A stretch of DNA of 64,000 nucleotides from Chloroflexota bacterium. GTDB lineage: Bacteria > Chloroflexota > UBA11872. Below are positions 1 through 9,341 of the stretch, piece after piece. The DNA is taken from positions 1,090,567 through 1,154,566 of the forward strand of contig OZ253558.1 in the NCBI GenBank assembly GCA_965262745.1, read 5' to 3'. A program made the position numbers and the translations under genes. Every line of letters starts with the position of its first letter. The stretch's first letter is position 1. Below the pieces are notes generated by a model. It did not search any database. It was not told the DNA's origin and was given only the letters and a program-made list of their open reading frames with translations.

Positions 1-1391
1 CGGCCGGGTTCTCGGCAACCAAGGCCGATGCGCTGCGGCGGGCAATGAGCCGCAAGCGCTCCCTGGCGCATATCCAGGCGCTCCAAGACGATCTGATGCA
101 GGGCATGGTCCGCAACGGCATCCCCGCGCCGACGGCGGAGCAGATCTATGCCCAGATCGAAGGCTACGCGGGCTATGGATTTCCCGAGGCCCATTCCTGC
201 GCCTTCGCTCTGTTGGTGTACGTCTCGGCCTGGCTCAAGGTGCACCACCACACGGAGTTCACCTGCGCCATCCTCAACAGCCAGCCCATGGGCTTCTACA
301 GCCCTCACACACTGATCGGCGACGCCCAGCGGCACGAGGTGACCGTGCATCCCGTGGACATCCAGCACAGCAGCTTCGAGTGCACGGTCGAGCCGGACGG
401 CGCGGTGCGCTTGGGCTATCGCTATGTGGAGGGCTTGGGCGAGGCCCACCGCAAGCGCCTGGATGGGGGTCTCACCCGCGGGCCGTATCGCTCCTTGGAA
501 GACTTCTGCCGCCGGACGCGGTTGCCGATCAACGTCTTGGAAGCGCTGGCCACCGCCGGAGCCTTCCGCAGTCTGGGGCTGAGCCGGCGTGCGGCTCTCT
601 GGCAGGTGCGGGCCTACGCGCCCACGGCCCGTGGCGGGGAGTTTCCCGGCCTTGTGGCCGACCTGGAAGAGCCGGTTGCGCTGCCGTCGGCCGACGCGCT
701 GGTGCAGGTCCGGATGGACTTCGCCGCCACCGGCCTCTCAACCCGCTGGCGCGGCCTGGAATTCCTGCGGCCGGCTCTGGCACAAGCCGGCGTGCTGCGC
801 GCCGCCGACCTGCAAGACCTCGCCGCCACGCGGCGGCGTGCAGGCCCGGACGGTGCATCGCAGCCACACACGCCCAAGAGGCGGCGGCGCGCTCACATCC
901 ACCGGGTCTCAGTCCCGACAACCGTGCCCCGACCGAACCGCCGCAGGCGCCACGGTCAAGGCCGACCGCCACGCCAACCCATGGCAGGACGCTACGGCGA
1001 GCGGGCCCACCGCACGGGAAATAGCTACGACGGGCGGAGCAGCGGCCGGCAGTTCCAGGGCTTGGGCGACAGCGGTGTTCCCGAAACCCTGCGCGAACAG
1101 GCCCGCACCGGAATCATGGTCACCGTGGCCGGCATCGTGATCAACCGTCAGCACCCGCCCACCGCGCGTGGCTACACCTTCCTCTCCCTGGAAGATGAAA
1201 CCGGGCTGGTCAACGTCATCATTCGCCCGCCGGTCTTCACCCGCTACCAGCGCGCGATCCTGGATTCCCCGGTGATGCTGGTCGTCGGCGAGCTCCAGGA
1301 CGAGCACGGCGCCGTGCAGGTCATGGCCCACACCTGCACACCCGTCACGTCCAACAGCCTGGGCGCGCCGCCCGCTCGTGATTGGCAGTGA
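1..1391 (+). CDS. dnaE2: DnaE-family DNA polymerase III alpha subunit, C-terminal part (error-prone DnaE2/ImuC-like), 5'-truncated by the window edge
   Basis: Frame-3 ORF 45..1391 is open back to nt 1. It carries an FPEAHSCAFALLVYVSAWLKVHHHTEF motif typical of DnaE2 and a C-terminal OB-fold-like block (GIMVTVAGIVINRQHPP...FLSLEDETG). An Arg/Pro-rich low-complexity stretch at about nt 820-1080 is atypical for the family. Confidence 0.55.
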   Translation, partial: AGFSATKADALRRAMSRKRSLAHIQALQDDLMQGMVRNGIPAPTAEQIYAQIEGYAGYGFPEAHSCAFALLVYVSAWLKVHHHTEFTCAILNSQPMGFYSPHTLIGDAQRHEVTVHPVDIQHSSFECTVEPDGAVRLGYRYVEGLGEAHRKRLDGGLTRGPYRSLEDFCRRTRLPINVLEALATAGAFRSLGLSRRAALWQVRAYAPTARGGEFPGLVADLEEPVALPSADALVQVRMDFAATGLSTRWRGLEFLRPALAQAGVLRAADLQDLAATRRRAGPDGASQPHTPKRRRRAHIHRVSVPTTVPRPNRRRRHGQGRPPRQPMAGRYGERAHRTGNSYDGRSSGRQFQGLGDSGVPETLREQARTGIMVTVAGIVINRQHPPTARGYTFLSLEDETGLVNVIIRPPVFTRYQRAILDSPVMLVVGELQDEHGAVQVMAHTCTPVTSNSLGAPPARDWQ

Positions 1392-1394
1392 GCC

Positions 1395-2009
1395 GTGGGC
1401 ACGGTTCTGCCGTCGCTTTCTTCGGGAACCCGCAATGTGCTCCCCGTCCCGTTCCGATGTGTATTTACCATGACCCAGCCGAAGCGGTATGCCGTCCTAT
1501 CGTGCGGCAAGCGTAAGCGAGCTTTGGGTATCCAGACGGATGCACGAAGACGAAGACCCATGACTCTCACAGAAAGCACTGCGACCCAACAGCTAAGTTT
1601 GTCCGAAGAACTCGTGCTGATGCTCCTCAACGAGGAGACCGGCTATTTTCACCAAGTCCCCGGCTGGCATTTGAACTGCGCCGTCGTCGACGCCGTCCTC
1701 GCGAAACTTTCACTCATATCTCGCATTGATACGGATATGGAATCTCTGTTCCTTTTGGAAGAGACAGCAACAGGCAATCCCGCTCTGGACCTTATCCTCA
1801 AGGAAATTGCAAGCGAACCAGTGCAACGAAATGCCCAGTTCTGGATCGAACGGCTCGCACCCCGCGCGGAGTCAATCATTGATTTGACGCTGGATCGCTT
1901 GGTTAGGCTGAAGATCCTGGACTCCCACGAGGGCGAATTCTGGACGCTGTCTCGTAGTGTCCTGCAGACGGAACTGTTGAACAGCTCCCCAGAAGGCACT
2001 GCGGTTTAG
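1395..2009 (+). CDS. GOLPH3/GPP34-family protein (phosphoinositide-binding Golgi phosphoprotein 3-like)
   Basis: The ORF has a GPP34-like core (LSEELVLMLLNEETGYF...AVVDAVLAKLSL...LDLILKEI). The true start is probably an internal ATG at 1470 or 1560. GC here is clearly below that of the flanks. Confidence 0.45.
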   Translation: MGTVLPSLSSGTRNVLPVPFRCVFTMTQPKRYAVLSCGKRKRALGIQTDARRRRPMTLTESTATQQLSLSEELVLMLLNEETGYFHQVPGWHLNCAVVDAVLAKLSLISRIDTDMESLFLLEETATGNPALDLILKEIASEPVQRNAQFWIERLAPRAESIIDLTLDRLVRLKILDSHEGEFWTLSRSVLQTELLNSSPEGTAV

Positions 2010-2165
2010 TTCGTAAGAACGCGCATCGGCAAGGCGATCTTCAACAACGAGATTCCTGACCCGAGAGATATCATAATTGTTTGCCTCATCAATACGTGCG
2101 ATGTATTTCGCTTTATATTCCAGCTTGAAGACGAGGATGAAGAACGGATCCAGTTCATCTGCAAG

Positions 2166-3589
2166 ATGGATTTGATCGGCCGATCCATCGCCGATGCGGT
2201 TGCCCAAAGCCTTGCCGGCCCGTTGCTTCGACGTTCCTCCCTGACCAAGAAGATTCCGACGGTCTCGCTGCGTCGATTGCTTCTCAATCCACATGTCCGC
2301 AGCGGAAACATTCCCGCCCTCTTCGCAGATCTCGCAGAAGACTACGGCCCTGTGTTTGCGATCCGGCCGCCGTTGGCGGAACCCTTGATCTTCTTGGCTG
2401 GTCCCGAGACAAACCGCTGGGTGCATCGGAGCGGGCGCATGCACCTGCGCGCCAAGGACTTTTCGCCGATTTCGAGAAGGTCTATGGTGCCTCTGGAGTA
2501 CTACCATCGCTTGATGGCGCCGATCATTTCCGGCTTCGCAAGTCCATGGGGCCGGCGTATTCTCACGGGAGACTAGCTGGGCAGCTGGATCAGCTCTATC
2601 ACCATGTCCATACATATATGGCGCATTGGACGGTTGGAGACTCGGCGTCAGCGACCACCATGTGCCGGCGAATGATTAACGCGCAGATCTCGCCACTTTC
2701 GGTCAGCGTTGATTCGCAGGACATCATCGACGATCTCATGAAGTACAAGGAGCGAGCGCTCAACACACACATCGTGAACGTCTTGCCCAAATTCATGCTG
2801 TATACCCCGGGAATGAGACGCCGGGCGAAAGCCATCGGCACCTTGCTGGAACGGGTTCAGAGCGTCCATACAGCCGCCCAACGGGCTGGATGTCCGCGGA
2901 ACCTTGCGGATGACATCCTAAGCCTACACGCCAGCGATCCGCAGTTCCTCCCTGAGTCGAATCTGCGTTTCGCCCTTTCGGCAGCGCTGACTGCCAGTGT
3001 GTACCTTGGCGATGCGCTGAGCTTCGCGGTCTACGCCATGGCGTCACAACTCGAGCTTTACGAAGAGATTCGGAATGAAGCCGATGTTCTATTTGCAAAC
3101 GGCGACCCGGATCAGGAAGACCTCAACCCATCGGCAGGCGGAATCGACGTCACGCACCGATTCCTCATGGAGTGCCTGCGTATGTACGCGATCGTCCCGA
3201 TGTCGATTCGAAACGTGATGAATACGTGTGTGGTCAAGGACTACGAACTACCAATAGGGTCACGGATCTACATCGCCCAAACAGCCGCGCATTATATGAG
3301 CGATGTCTTCCCCGACCCCTTCTCATTCGATATCGACCGTTACAAGCCTCCGCGCAATGAGCATCGTAGCCCCGGGTACGCCCCGTATGGGCCGGGCCCG
3401 CACACCTGTCTCGGCTCACGGTGGATGGACCTGCAGCGGGCGGTCAACGTGCTGATGATCACGCACTACTTCAACCTTGAAATATCCCCCGCGAACTTCA
3501 AGCTCCGGTTCAGCCCACTTCCATCGATGAAGCCGAGCAAGAAGCTGAAGTTCGTTATCGCTGAGCGGAGGCGCGAGGTAAGCGTCTAA
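2166..3589 (+). pseudogene. Cytochrome P450, split by a frameshift around nt 2546-2576 into ORFs 2166..2576 and 2546..3589
   Basis: The C-terminal ORF has the EXXR motif (ECLRMY) and the heme-binding loop FxxGxHxCxG (YGPGPHTCLGSRW). The N-terminal ORF has a P450-type N-terminus. The two frames overlap by about 30 nt and sum to about 475 aa, a normal P450 length. Confidence 0.65.
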
Positions 3590-3628
3590 TGCACCTGGGA
3601 TCGCCCGAGTGACAGGGGCAGCGAGAGC

Positions 3629-4666
3629 CTAAAGGGGTTTGCGAGCCAGGAAACAGTACAACGGCGTGAAGATCTCGGCCCTGCCGCCTGCGACGCAGGC
3701 ATTGGCGGTCCGATTCAGCAGCCCGACGACGTCCGCGGAGCCCTTCGGGAAAATCCCCAGCGCCTCGACCAGCCTAGATGTCCCGATGAACGCCTTGCGG
3801 CCTAGCGGAGTCCTGTACAGGGTGGTACCCAGCGCCTTACGCCGGGTCACCATGGGCTGATACCACGGCGTGGTCAGGCCATTCTCCGCGACGGCCCGGT
3901 CCCGACCCTCGATGATCTGAAATCCCGCCGTTTCAAGGGCTCGGTTCACCTCGCCCATAGTCGCGATATCCTTGAGCGCGATGCCGTGCATCAGATCCTG
4001 CTTGATGGCCCGGTGCCGGTTGTCGTCGGGATCGAACTTGTCCGTCATGCACATTTCCTGACCCCAGAAGAGGGCTCCGGGTTTCAGCACGCGGTAGATC
4101 TCGGCGAACGCGCCCGCCTTGTCCGGAGCATGGCACGTCGATTCGATCGCGTAGCCCCGGTCGAACGTGTCGTCCGCGATGGCGCCCATGTCCATGAAGT
4201 TGCATGCGAGGTAGTCGGCCATGTGGTCGAGTCCCGCCTCAGCGTTTAGCGATTTCGCGTTGTCCAACTGGATTTCATTGTTATTGACCCCGACGACCCT
4301 GACACCAGCCTCCCGGATGACCCGGCGCATCGGGCCGCCGATCCCGCAACCGACATCGATCACCGTCATGCCCTTGCGCAATTCCAGCTTGGCGATCATC
4401 AGTCGCTGGTGCCGGGTCTTGGAGTCCTCCAGGCTCTCCCGCGGCGACAGCGGCGCGAAGTGGAGGGATTCGCCCCAACCGAACACCATGAACTCGCCGC
4501 AAAGGTCGTAGTATTCCTTGACGGTTTGGGTGTGGTCGTAGGCCGTCGCGCCGGCATTCTCCGCGGTCGTTCTGTGCATCCATCCATCGAAGTGTTTCAC
4601 ACGACGGCGGGTGTCCATCCCACGGTACGCAGCCTTCAGCCCGTTGGATAGTTTGCGGAGTTGCAT
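3629..4666 (-). CDS. Sterol 24-C-methyltransferase (ERG6/SMT1-type SAM-dependent methyltransferase)
   Basis: Recalled from memory of yeast Erg6, blocks align along the whole length. Examples: YYDLCGEFMVFGWGESLHF vs ATDFYEYGWGSSFHF, IDVGCGIGGPMRRV vs LDVGCGVGGPAREI, VVGVNNNEIQLDNAK vs VIGLNNNDYQIAKAK, and YAIESTCHAPDKAGAFAEIYRVLKPG vs [26 protein letters not shown]. The C-terminal sterol-MT domain also matches (AGGRAEIFTPLYCFLARKP vs AGGKSKLFTPMMLFVARKP). Confidence 0.8.
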   Translation of the reverse strand: MQLRKLSNGLKAAYRGMDTRRRVKHFDGWMHRTTAENAGATAYDHTQTVKEYYDLCGEFMVFGWGESLHFAPLSPRESLEDSKTRHQRLMIAKLELRKGMTVIDVGCGIGGPMRRVIREAGVRVVGVNNNEIQLDNAKSLNAEAGLDHMADYLACNFMDMGAIADDTFDRGYAIESTCHAPDKAGAFAEIYRVLKPGALFWGQEMCMTDKFDPDDNRHRAIKQDLMHGIALKDIATMGEVNRALETAGFQIIEGRDRAVAENGLTTPWYQPMVTRRKALGTTLYRTPLGRKAFIGTSRLVEALGIFPKGSADVVGLLNRTANACVAGGRAEIFTPLYCFLARKPL

Positions 4667-4942
4667 AAGCTCCCTGTGAAAATAGGAATTGCATGCCTAG
4701 CTAGAGTATCAATTCAGGGGCTGGGTGCGCAAGAGTGAACCGATTGTCATAGCTCTATGCCGTCAAAGCACGCCCGGTGCGTCAATCACCAAGATCTATG
4801 TACCAGTAGAAGGAGAGATCGCCATAAGCTATAGAACACTTAGCCAGGAGGATTGACCACCCTGGGAACCAGATTGACAACCATTGCTGGAGCCTGGATG
4901 CAAGGAGCAGCGATGGCGGACAGAGAGGGGCCGAGAGTGGAG

Positions 4943-7199
4943 CTAGTGGACGTGGTTCGCCGCTGGGAGTCGGGCAACAGCCAACGGCGAGGCCGCCAGC
5001 ACTCCCAGCCCGAGCGCGGTCGTCAGTGCAGAGCCCAACAGCGCCGACCCAGTGGTCGCGAGCGTGCGGACTGCCGCTTCCTCCGGGTTGCGCAGGCGGG
5101 CGAACTCTTCCCGGTAGCGATGAATCACATGGATGGTGTAGTCCACGCCGATCCCGATCGAGAGCGCCGTGATGATTGACGTGATGAGCGAGTAGGGGAT
5201 ACCCAGCAGCGCCATGGTGCCCAGCACACAGATGAGCACGAGCACGATGGGACCCACCGCGACGATCGCCAGCGCCGGCTGGCAAGCGTCACCCAGAAGA
5301 AGACGGCGAGGACGGTAAGGGCCGCCGCGATCGTCGTGGCGACCGCCGCTGTCTGTCGCGCAGTGACTGAGTCGGTGACAGTGATCGAGATGATGCTCTC
5401 CGATGTCGCGGTAATGGCGTCGTCGTCGCCGGCCCAGAGTTCCTCAAGTTCCCGCTGAAGCTCCTTGGTTTGCGTGGGATCGCTTCGGTAGCTCGGGAAC
5501 TGGAGCAGCATGGCGTCGATGCCCTGCGGATTGTTGACCAGCACGCGCGCGACGGCGGGACCCAGGGCTTCAAGCCTGTCGAGGACTGCCTGCATCAGCG
5601 CTGGATCGAGTTGCACCCCTGCCGAGGCTTCCCGGAAGAGCGCCGCAAGTTCTGGGTCGTACTTGTCGCCGGGCTCCCCGCTGTCGGTGGTCCAGTCGCG
5701 CAGCAGCAACTCATACGATGTCTGAATCGGTCCAGCGGCGGTCGACGGGCGCCGGGTTTCGTCCTGAAAGGCGGTTGTGAGGTCGCGCACGTTGAGAAGC
5801 GTGCGGGTCTCCGTAGCCTCGGCCTTGATGAGCACATTGGTCACCTCGCTCGAGCCACCGACGGCCGCTTCGAGGGTGTCCATATCCGCGAGCACGGTTC
5901 CACCTCTGGGGAGGACGTCGCGGATGCTGAATTCCGACTTCAGCCCGGGGGTTGCAATCCCGAGCCCAACGGTGACCGCGAGCACGACGAGGATGTAGGG
6001 GGCCGGCCAGCGGGTCACGCTCCGGCCCAGCAGCCCAGCCAGACGCTCAATGCCCGGCAACGCATTCACGATTGGGTGGGCTGGCTTCAACGTGCCGCGC
6101 GACTCGCGCCGCCGGTCGATGATCGTCCGGCCGGGACCAGCGTCAGCATGACGACTAGGCTCATCCCGACGCCCAGCCCCGCGACGATGCCGAAGTCGCC
6201 AACGATTCCGATCGGGGAGAACAGGCTGGCCAACATACCTACGATGGTGGTGACGGCGGCCAGTAGCAGCGGGACGGCGACGTTACGCAGTCCCAAGCGA
6301 ATGGCCACGAGCACATCCTCACCCTCCGCACGTTGCTCGCGATAGTGCGAGATGGTCTGAATGGCATAGTCCACCGTGAGGCCGATCACGATGATCGGCA
6401 CCATCGTGGTCAGCGAGTTCGGTGGGCCGATCAGACCCAGGGCATTCGGCCCCAGCCAGCCTTCCGCACCGATAATCCAAATGATGGACGTGAGAAGTCC
6501 GCCCAGCGTCAGCCACATGTCTGACAACGTGCGCATGAAGAGCAGCAGCAGCAACGCGATCAGCAGGAAGGCCGCGCCTATCAGCGGCATCATCCCCGTC
6601 TCGGTGGCTACCTTGTTCTCGTCCTCAATCACGATGAACGACACGCTGCTTGCGCGCAGCGGCCCCTCAGCCGCGGCGGCCAGTTCGTTGATCTTGCGCT
6701 CAGCGTCTGCAACTCGCGCGTCGCCGGTGTCGAGCAGGCGAATGTTGGCGATGGCGATCCGCGTGCCGTCCGTATCGGTTCCGGTCATCGCCGCGAGGGC
6801 CGGCTGGATCTCCGGGAGTACGCGAACGGTGTCGATTTGCGCCTGCGTGACCGACTCGAAGCCGTCCACACCGAGCAGGAACTTGACCAGCGACGAAGGC
6901 GCGATGACCGGATCGGCAGGCGCCAGAAGCTCTTGCACGCCCGGGTCGCTGACAACGTCATTGAGGAGGGCGTCCATCTGGGAGAGGCCGGTGGGCGTGA
7001 GCGCTTCCCCTCGAAATAGAAGCGTAACGGCGCTGATCTCACCGTGGTCTCCGAAGAGCTCGTTGGTCTCATCCATCGCTTCGGCAACGGCGCTGCCGTC
7101 GGGCAGCGTGTCCGCGGTCTCCGGGGGCGGCGCGTGGGATAAGGCCAGCAACCTTGCCGCCCTCTGCGAGCCGTGCCACATCCGCGCCCACGGCAACAA
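4943..7199 (-). pseudogene. MMPL/RND-superfamily lipid transporter (HpnN/BstA-like), 5'-truncated and frameshifted
   Basis: Three minus-strand ORF pieces are collinear with one MMPL protein. ORF 6087..7199 holds periplasmic domain 1 and the first TM bundle (GLTVDYAIQTISHYREQ). ORF 5125..6090 holds periplasmic domain 2. ORF 4943..5257 holds the second TM bundle (GVDYTIHVIHRYREE). The frames differ between pieces, and TM1 and the N-terminus are missing. Confidence 0.6.
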
Positions 7200-7386
7200 G
7201 CCGCGTCAGGTGAGCTACCTGCGGCCAGCGGCCACGCCAGCCGAGCATCCAGAGCAGCCCCCTCAGCGCCCCCACGTGCGCTACGAACGGCGGCGCGGCC
7301 AGTTGGTCCGTCGCTGGACGAAAGCGGAACGGGCGGCGTGGGCGATCGAGCGTGAGGCGCGCAGCCAGCGCGCAGGCGAGCAGTGA
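7130..7386 (+). pseudogene. HNH endonuclease C-terminal remnant
   Basis: The C-terminal tail of plus ORF 6376..7386 reads WDKASNLAALCEPCHIRAHGNK, an HNH-type motif. No upstream nuclease body is present, since the upstream sequence is antisense to the MMPL gene. Confidence 0.3.
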
Positions 7387-7822
7387 CTCGCGCACCAACG
7401 CCAGATGGGATGCGACCCCTGCCCGCCACCGGCGAGAACCCCCACGCGCGGCGAACTCGCCGCTGAGTCGGCCAAAAGTGCCGTGCTCAACGCCCTAATC
7501 TTCGGCGTCGTCATTGCGGCCGGCGGTGCCTTCGTCCAGTTAGTGCTGCTGGGCTAGCCGTCCGGCGCGGCGGGCTACCTCGGCCCTGGGCGAATCAAGT
7601 TGTCCATACCGGCGCCCCGGAGCTTGGCCTCCAGCGCGGCCGTCGTGCGCTAACCGTAGCCTCAACCGCCGGCGTGTCGACGTCCGGTGGCGGAATCTGT
7701 GCCGCACCCCACGAGCAACGCGACCCACCACCGGGTATTGCTGTACGCCCACACCCAAAAGACCGACGCCAGGGGGGCGCGGCCACGGAGCTTGCCGTCG
7801 TCGATTCGTCCCTGGAGTTGCT

Positions 7823-9085
7823 TCAGAGGACCGTCTTGGGGCGCTCCTTGGTCGGATCGAAGAAGGGGACGCGTGCCACCTCGGCGTCGACGATGCCGTC
7901 CTTGGGGAGCAGCACGTTGACACGGGTGCCTCGCCGCCAGTGCGTCCGAGGCATCACCGCCAGGGCGATATTCGATCCGACGCTTGGGGACCAGAAGGCG
8001 CTGGTGACGTAGCCCACGTCATGGCCGGCGTCGAGGTCCTTGACCAGGTAGAAGTCCTCGTTGTACCAGGTGATCGGTTGACCGCCGACCCTCAAACCAA
8101 CCAGGCGCTGCTGCACTCCCTCGTCCTTGATCCTGGCCAGTGCGTCTCTACCTATAAAGTTGCTCTTGTTCAGATCCACCTGCCAGCCGAGCCGGACTTC
8201 ATAGGGATTGTTCTCGATGTCCAAGTCCTGGCCGTAGGACAGGATTCCGGCCTCCAGGCGCCGGATGTGACTGGGAGCGATCACGCGCAGGTTGAACTCC
8301 GCGCCCTGCTCCAGGATGTAAGGCCAGACATCGTCCGCGTGAAGCATGGCGTCGTGCAGGTATATCTCGAAGCCGACCTCAGCCGAGAAGCCTGTGCGCG
8401 AAATCGTTACCGCGTGGCCGTTCAGCGTCTCGTGAATCAGTCCGTAGTAGGGAATGTCTCTCACGTGCGAGCCGAACATCTTCTCCAGCAGCGGGGCCGA
8501 CTTGGGCCCCTGAATCTGGACCGGGGCCACGTCGATCTCGTTGATGTCGACGTTGTATCCGGCGCTGGCGTTGACCCCCTGCGCCCAGAGGAGCACGTCG
8601 GAATCCGAGATGCTGAACCAGAACTCGTCATCGGCGACCCGCAGCAGCACCGGGTCGTTGATGACGCCGCCGTGCTGGTTGCACAGGATCACGTAGCGCG
8701 CCTGCATCGGTGGCAATAGCGCGTGAACGTCACGCGTGATCAGCAGGTTGACGAAGTCGGCGGCGTCCGGGCCTTTGACCTGGATCTGACGCTCCACCGC
8801 AACGTCCCACATGCTCACGTGCTCAGTGAGGTAGCGGTACTCCTCGAGCAGCCCGCCATCCTCGGGTTTGATGTACGCGCGCGGGTGGTACAGGTGGTTG
8901 TAGGTCGTGTAGGCCCAACATCCGGCGGCCTTCGACAGGTGCCACCACGGAGACTTTCTGATGCGCGTCGATATGAGGATCCGTGCGTCGCTGTCCCCGC
9001 TCTGCCGCAGGTTGATCGGCACCCGACGCCGCTTGAGTCCGTCGATCACCAGCGTTTGCGTCACCTGAGGACCTCCAGTCGCCAT
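7823..9085 (-). CDS. Aminomethyltransferase-family protein (GcvT/DmdA-like folate-binding)
   Basis: The 420-aa ORF has GcvT-family architecture. It lies next to a dimethylglycine dehydrogenase-family gene. Confidence 0.65.
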   Translation of the reverse strand: MATGGPQVTQTLVIDGLKRRRVPINLRQSGDSDARILISTRIRKSPWWHLSKAAGCWAYTTYNHLYHPRAYIKPEDGGLLEEYRYLTEHVSMWDVAVERQIQVKGPDAADFVNLLITRDVHALLPPMQARYVILCNQHGGVINDPVLLRVADDEFWFSISDSDVLLWAQGVNASAGYNVDINEIDVAPVQIQGPKSAPLLEKMFGSHVRDIPYYGLIHETLNGHAVTISRTGFSAEVGFEIYLHDAMLHADDVWPYILEQGAEFNLRVIAPSHIRRLEAGILSYGQDLDIENNPYEVRLGWQVDLNKSNFIGRDALARIKDEGVQQRLVGLRVGGQPITWYNEDFYLVKDLDAGHDVGYVTSAFWSPSVGSNIALAVMPRTHWRRGTRVNVLLPKDGIVDAEVARVPFFDPTKERPKTVL

Positions 9086-9204
9086 CGGTCGTTGTACCGC
9101 TTCGGCCTGTCGCCAACCGAGGGCGTCGCGTAACTTCTTGTCATTCCAGCGAAAAGCCTACCCCGTACTCGATACCGGGCCGGAATCCAGGCCCCACCCA
9201 ACCT

Positions 9205-9341
9205 GGAACCGCGCAGGGTTCTCCCAGCACATTCATAGCCAGTCGGGGTTATGCGAACGTACCCAATCCGGAGGGAACCAGTGCAACTCACGCCTTCATC
9301 CGCCTGCCGTCCAGATCGTATAGCGGTTCATTCGCCACCGT
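9205..9341. repeat. Copy A of an approximately 137-bp imperfect direct repeat (about 85% identity to 11105..11240)
   Basis: Direct alignment of the two stretches matches. The last 60 bp (ccttcatccgcctgccgtcc.gatcgtatagcggttcattcgccaccgt) are near identical. Confidence 0.85.

Noticed and set aside
380-1331. Multiple long ORFs overlapping the DnaE2 fragment on both strands (380..1024, 529..972, 589..1140, 909..1331)
   Set aside because: These are typical GC-rich shadow ORFs. Their translations are Arg/Ala/Pro-rich low-complexity sequence, and the DnaE2 frame carries the recognisable motifs.
2166-3589. Calling the P450 CYP51 (sterol 14-demethylase) specifically
   Set aside because: The generic P450 motifs are present, but I could not verify CYP51-specific signatures from the sequence alone. 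The sterol association is contextual only.
7408-7557. 54-codon plus-strand ORF with a hydrophobic tail (LNALIFGVVIAAGGAFVQLVLLG) in the spacer upstream of the MMPL remnant
   Set aside because: It is too short and sits in a rearranged region. I see no RBS or start context and no family, so it is possibly a fragment.
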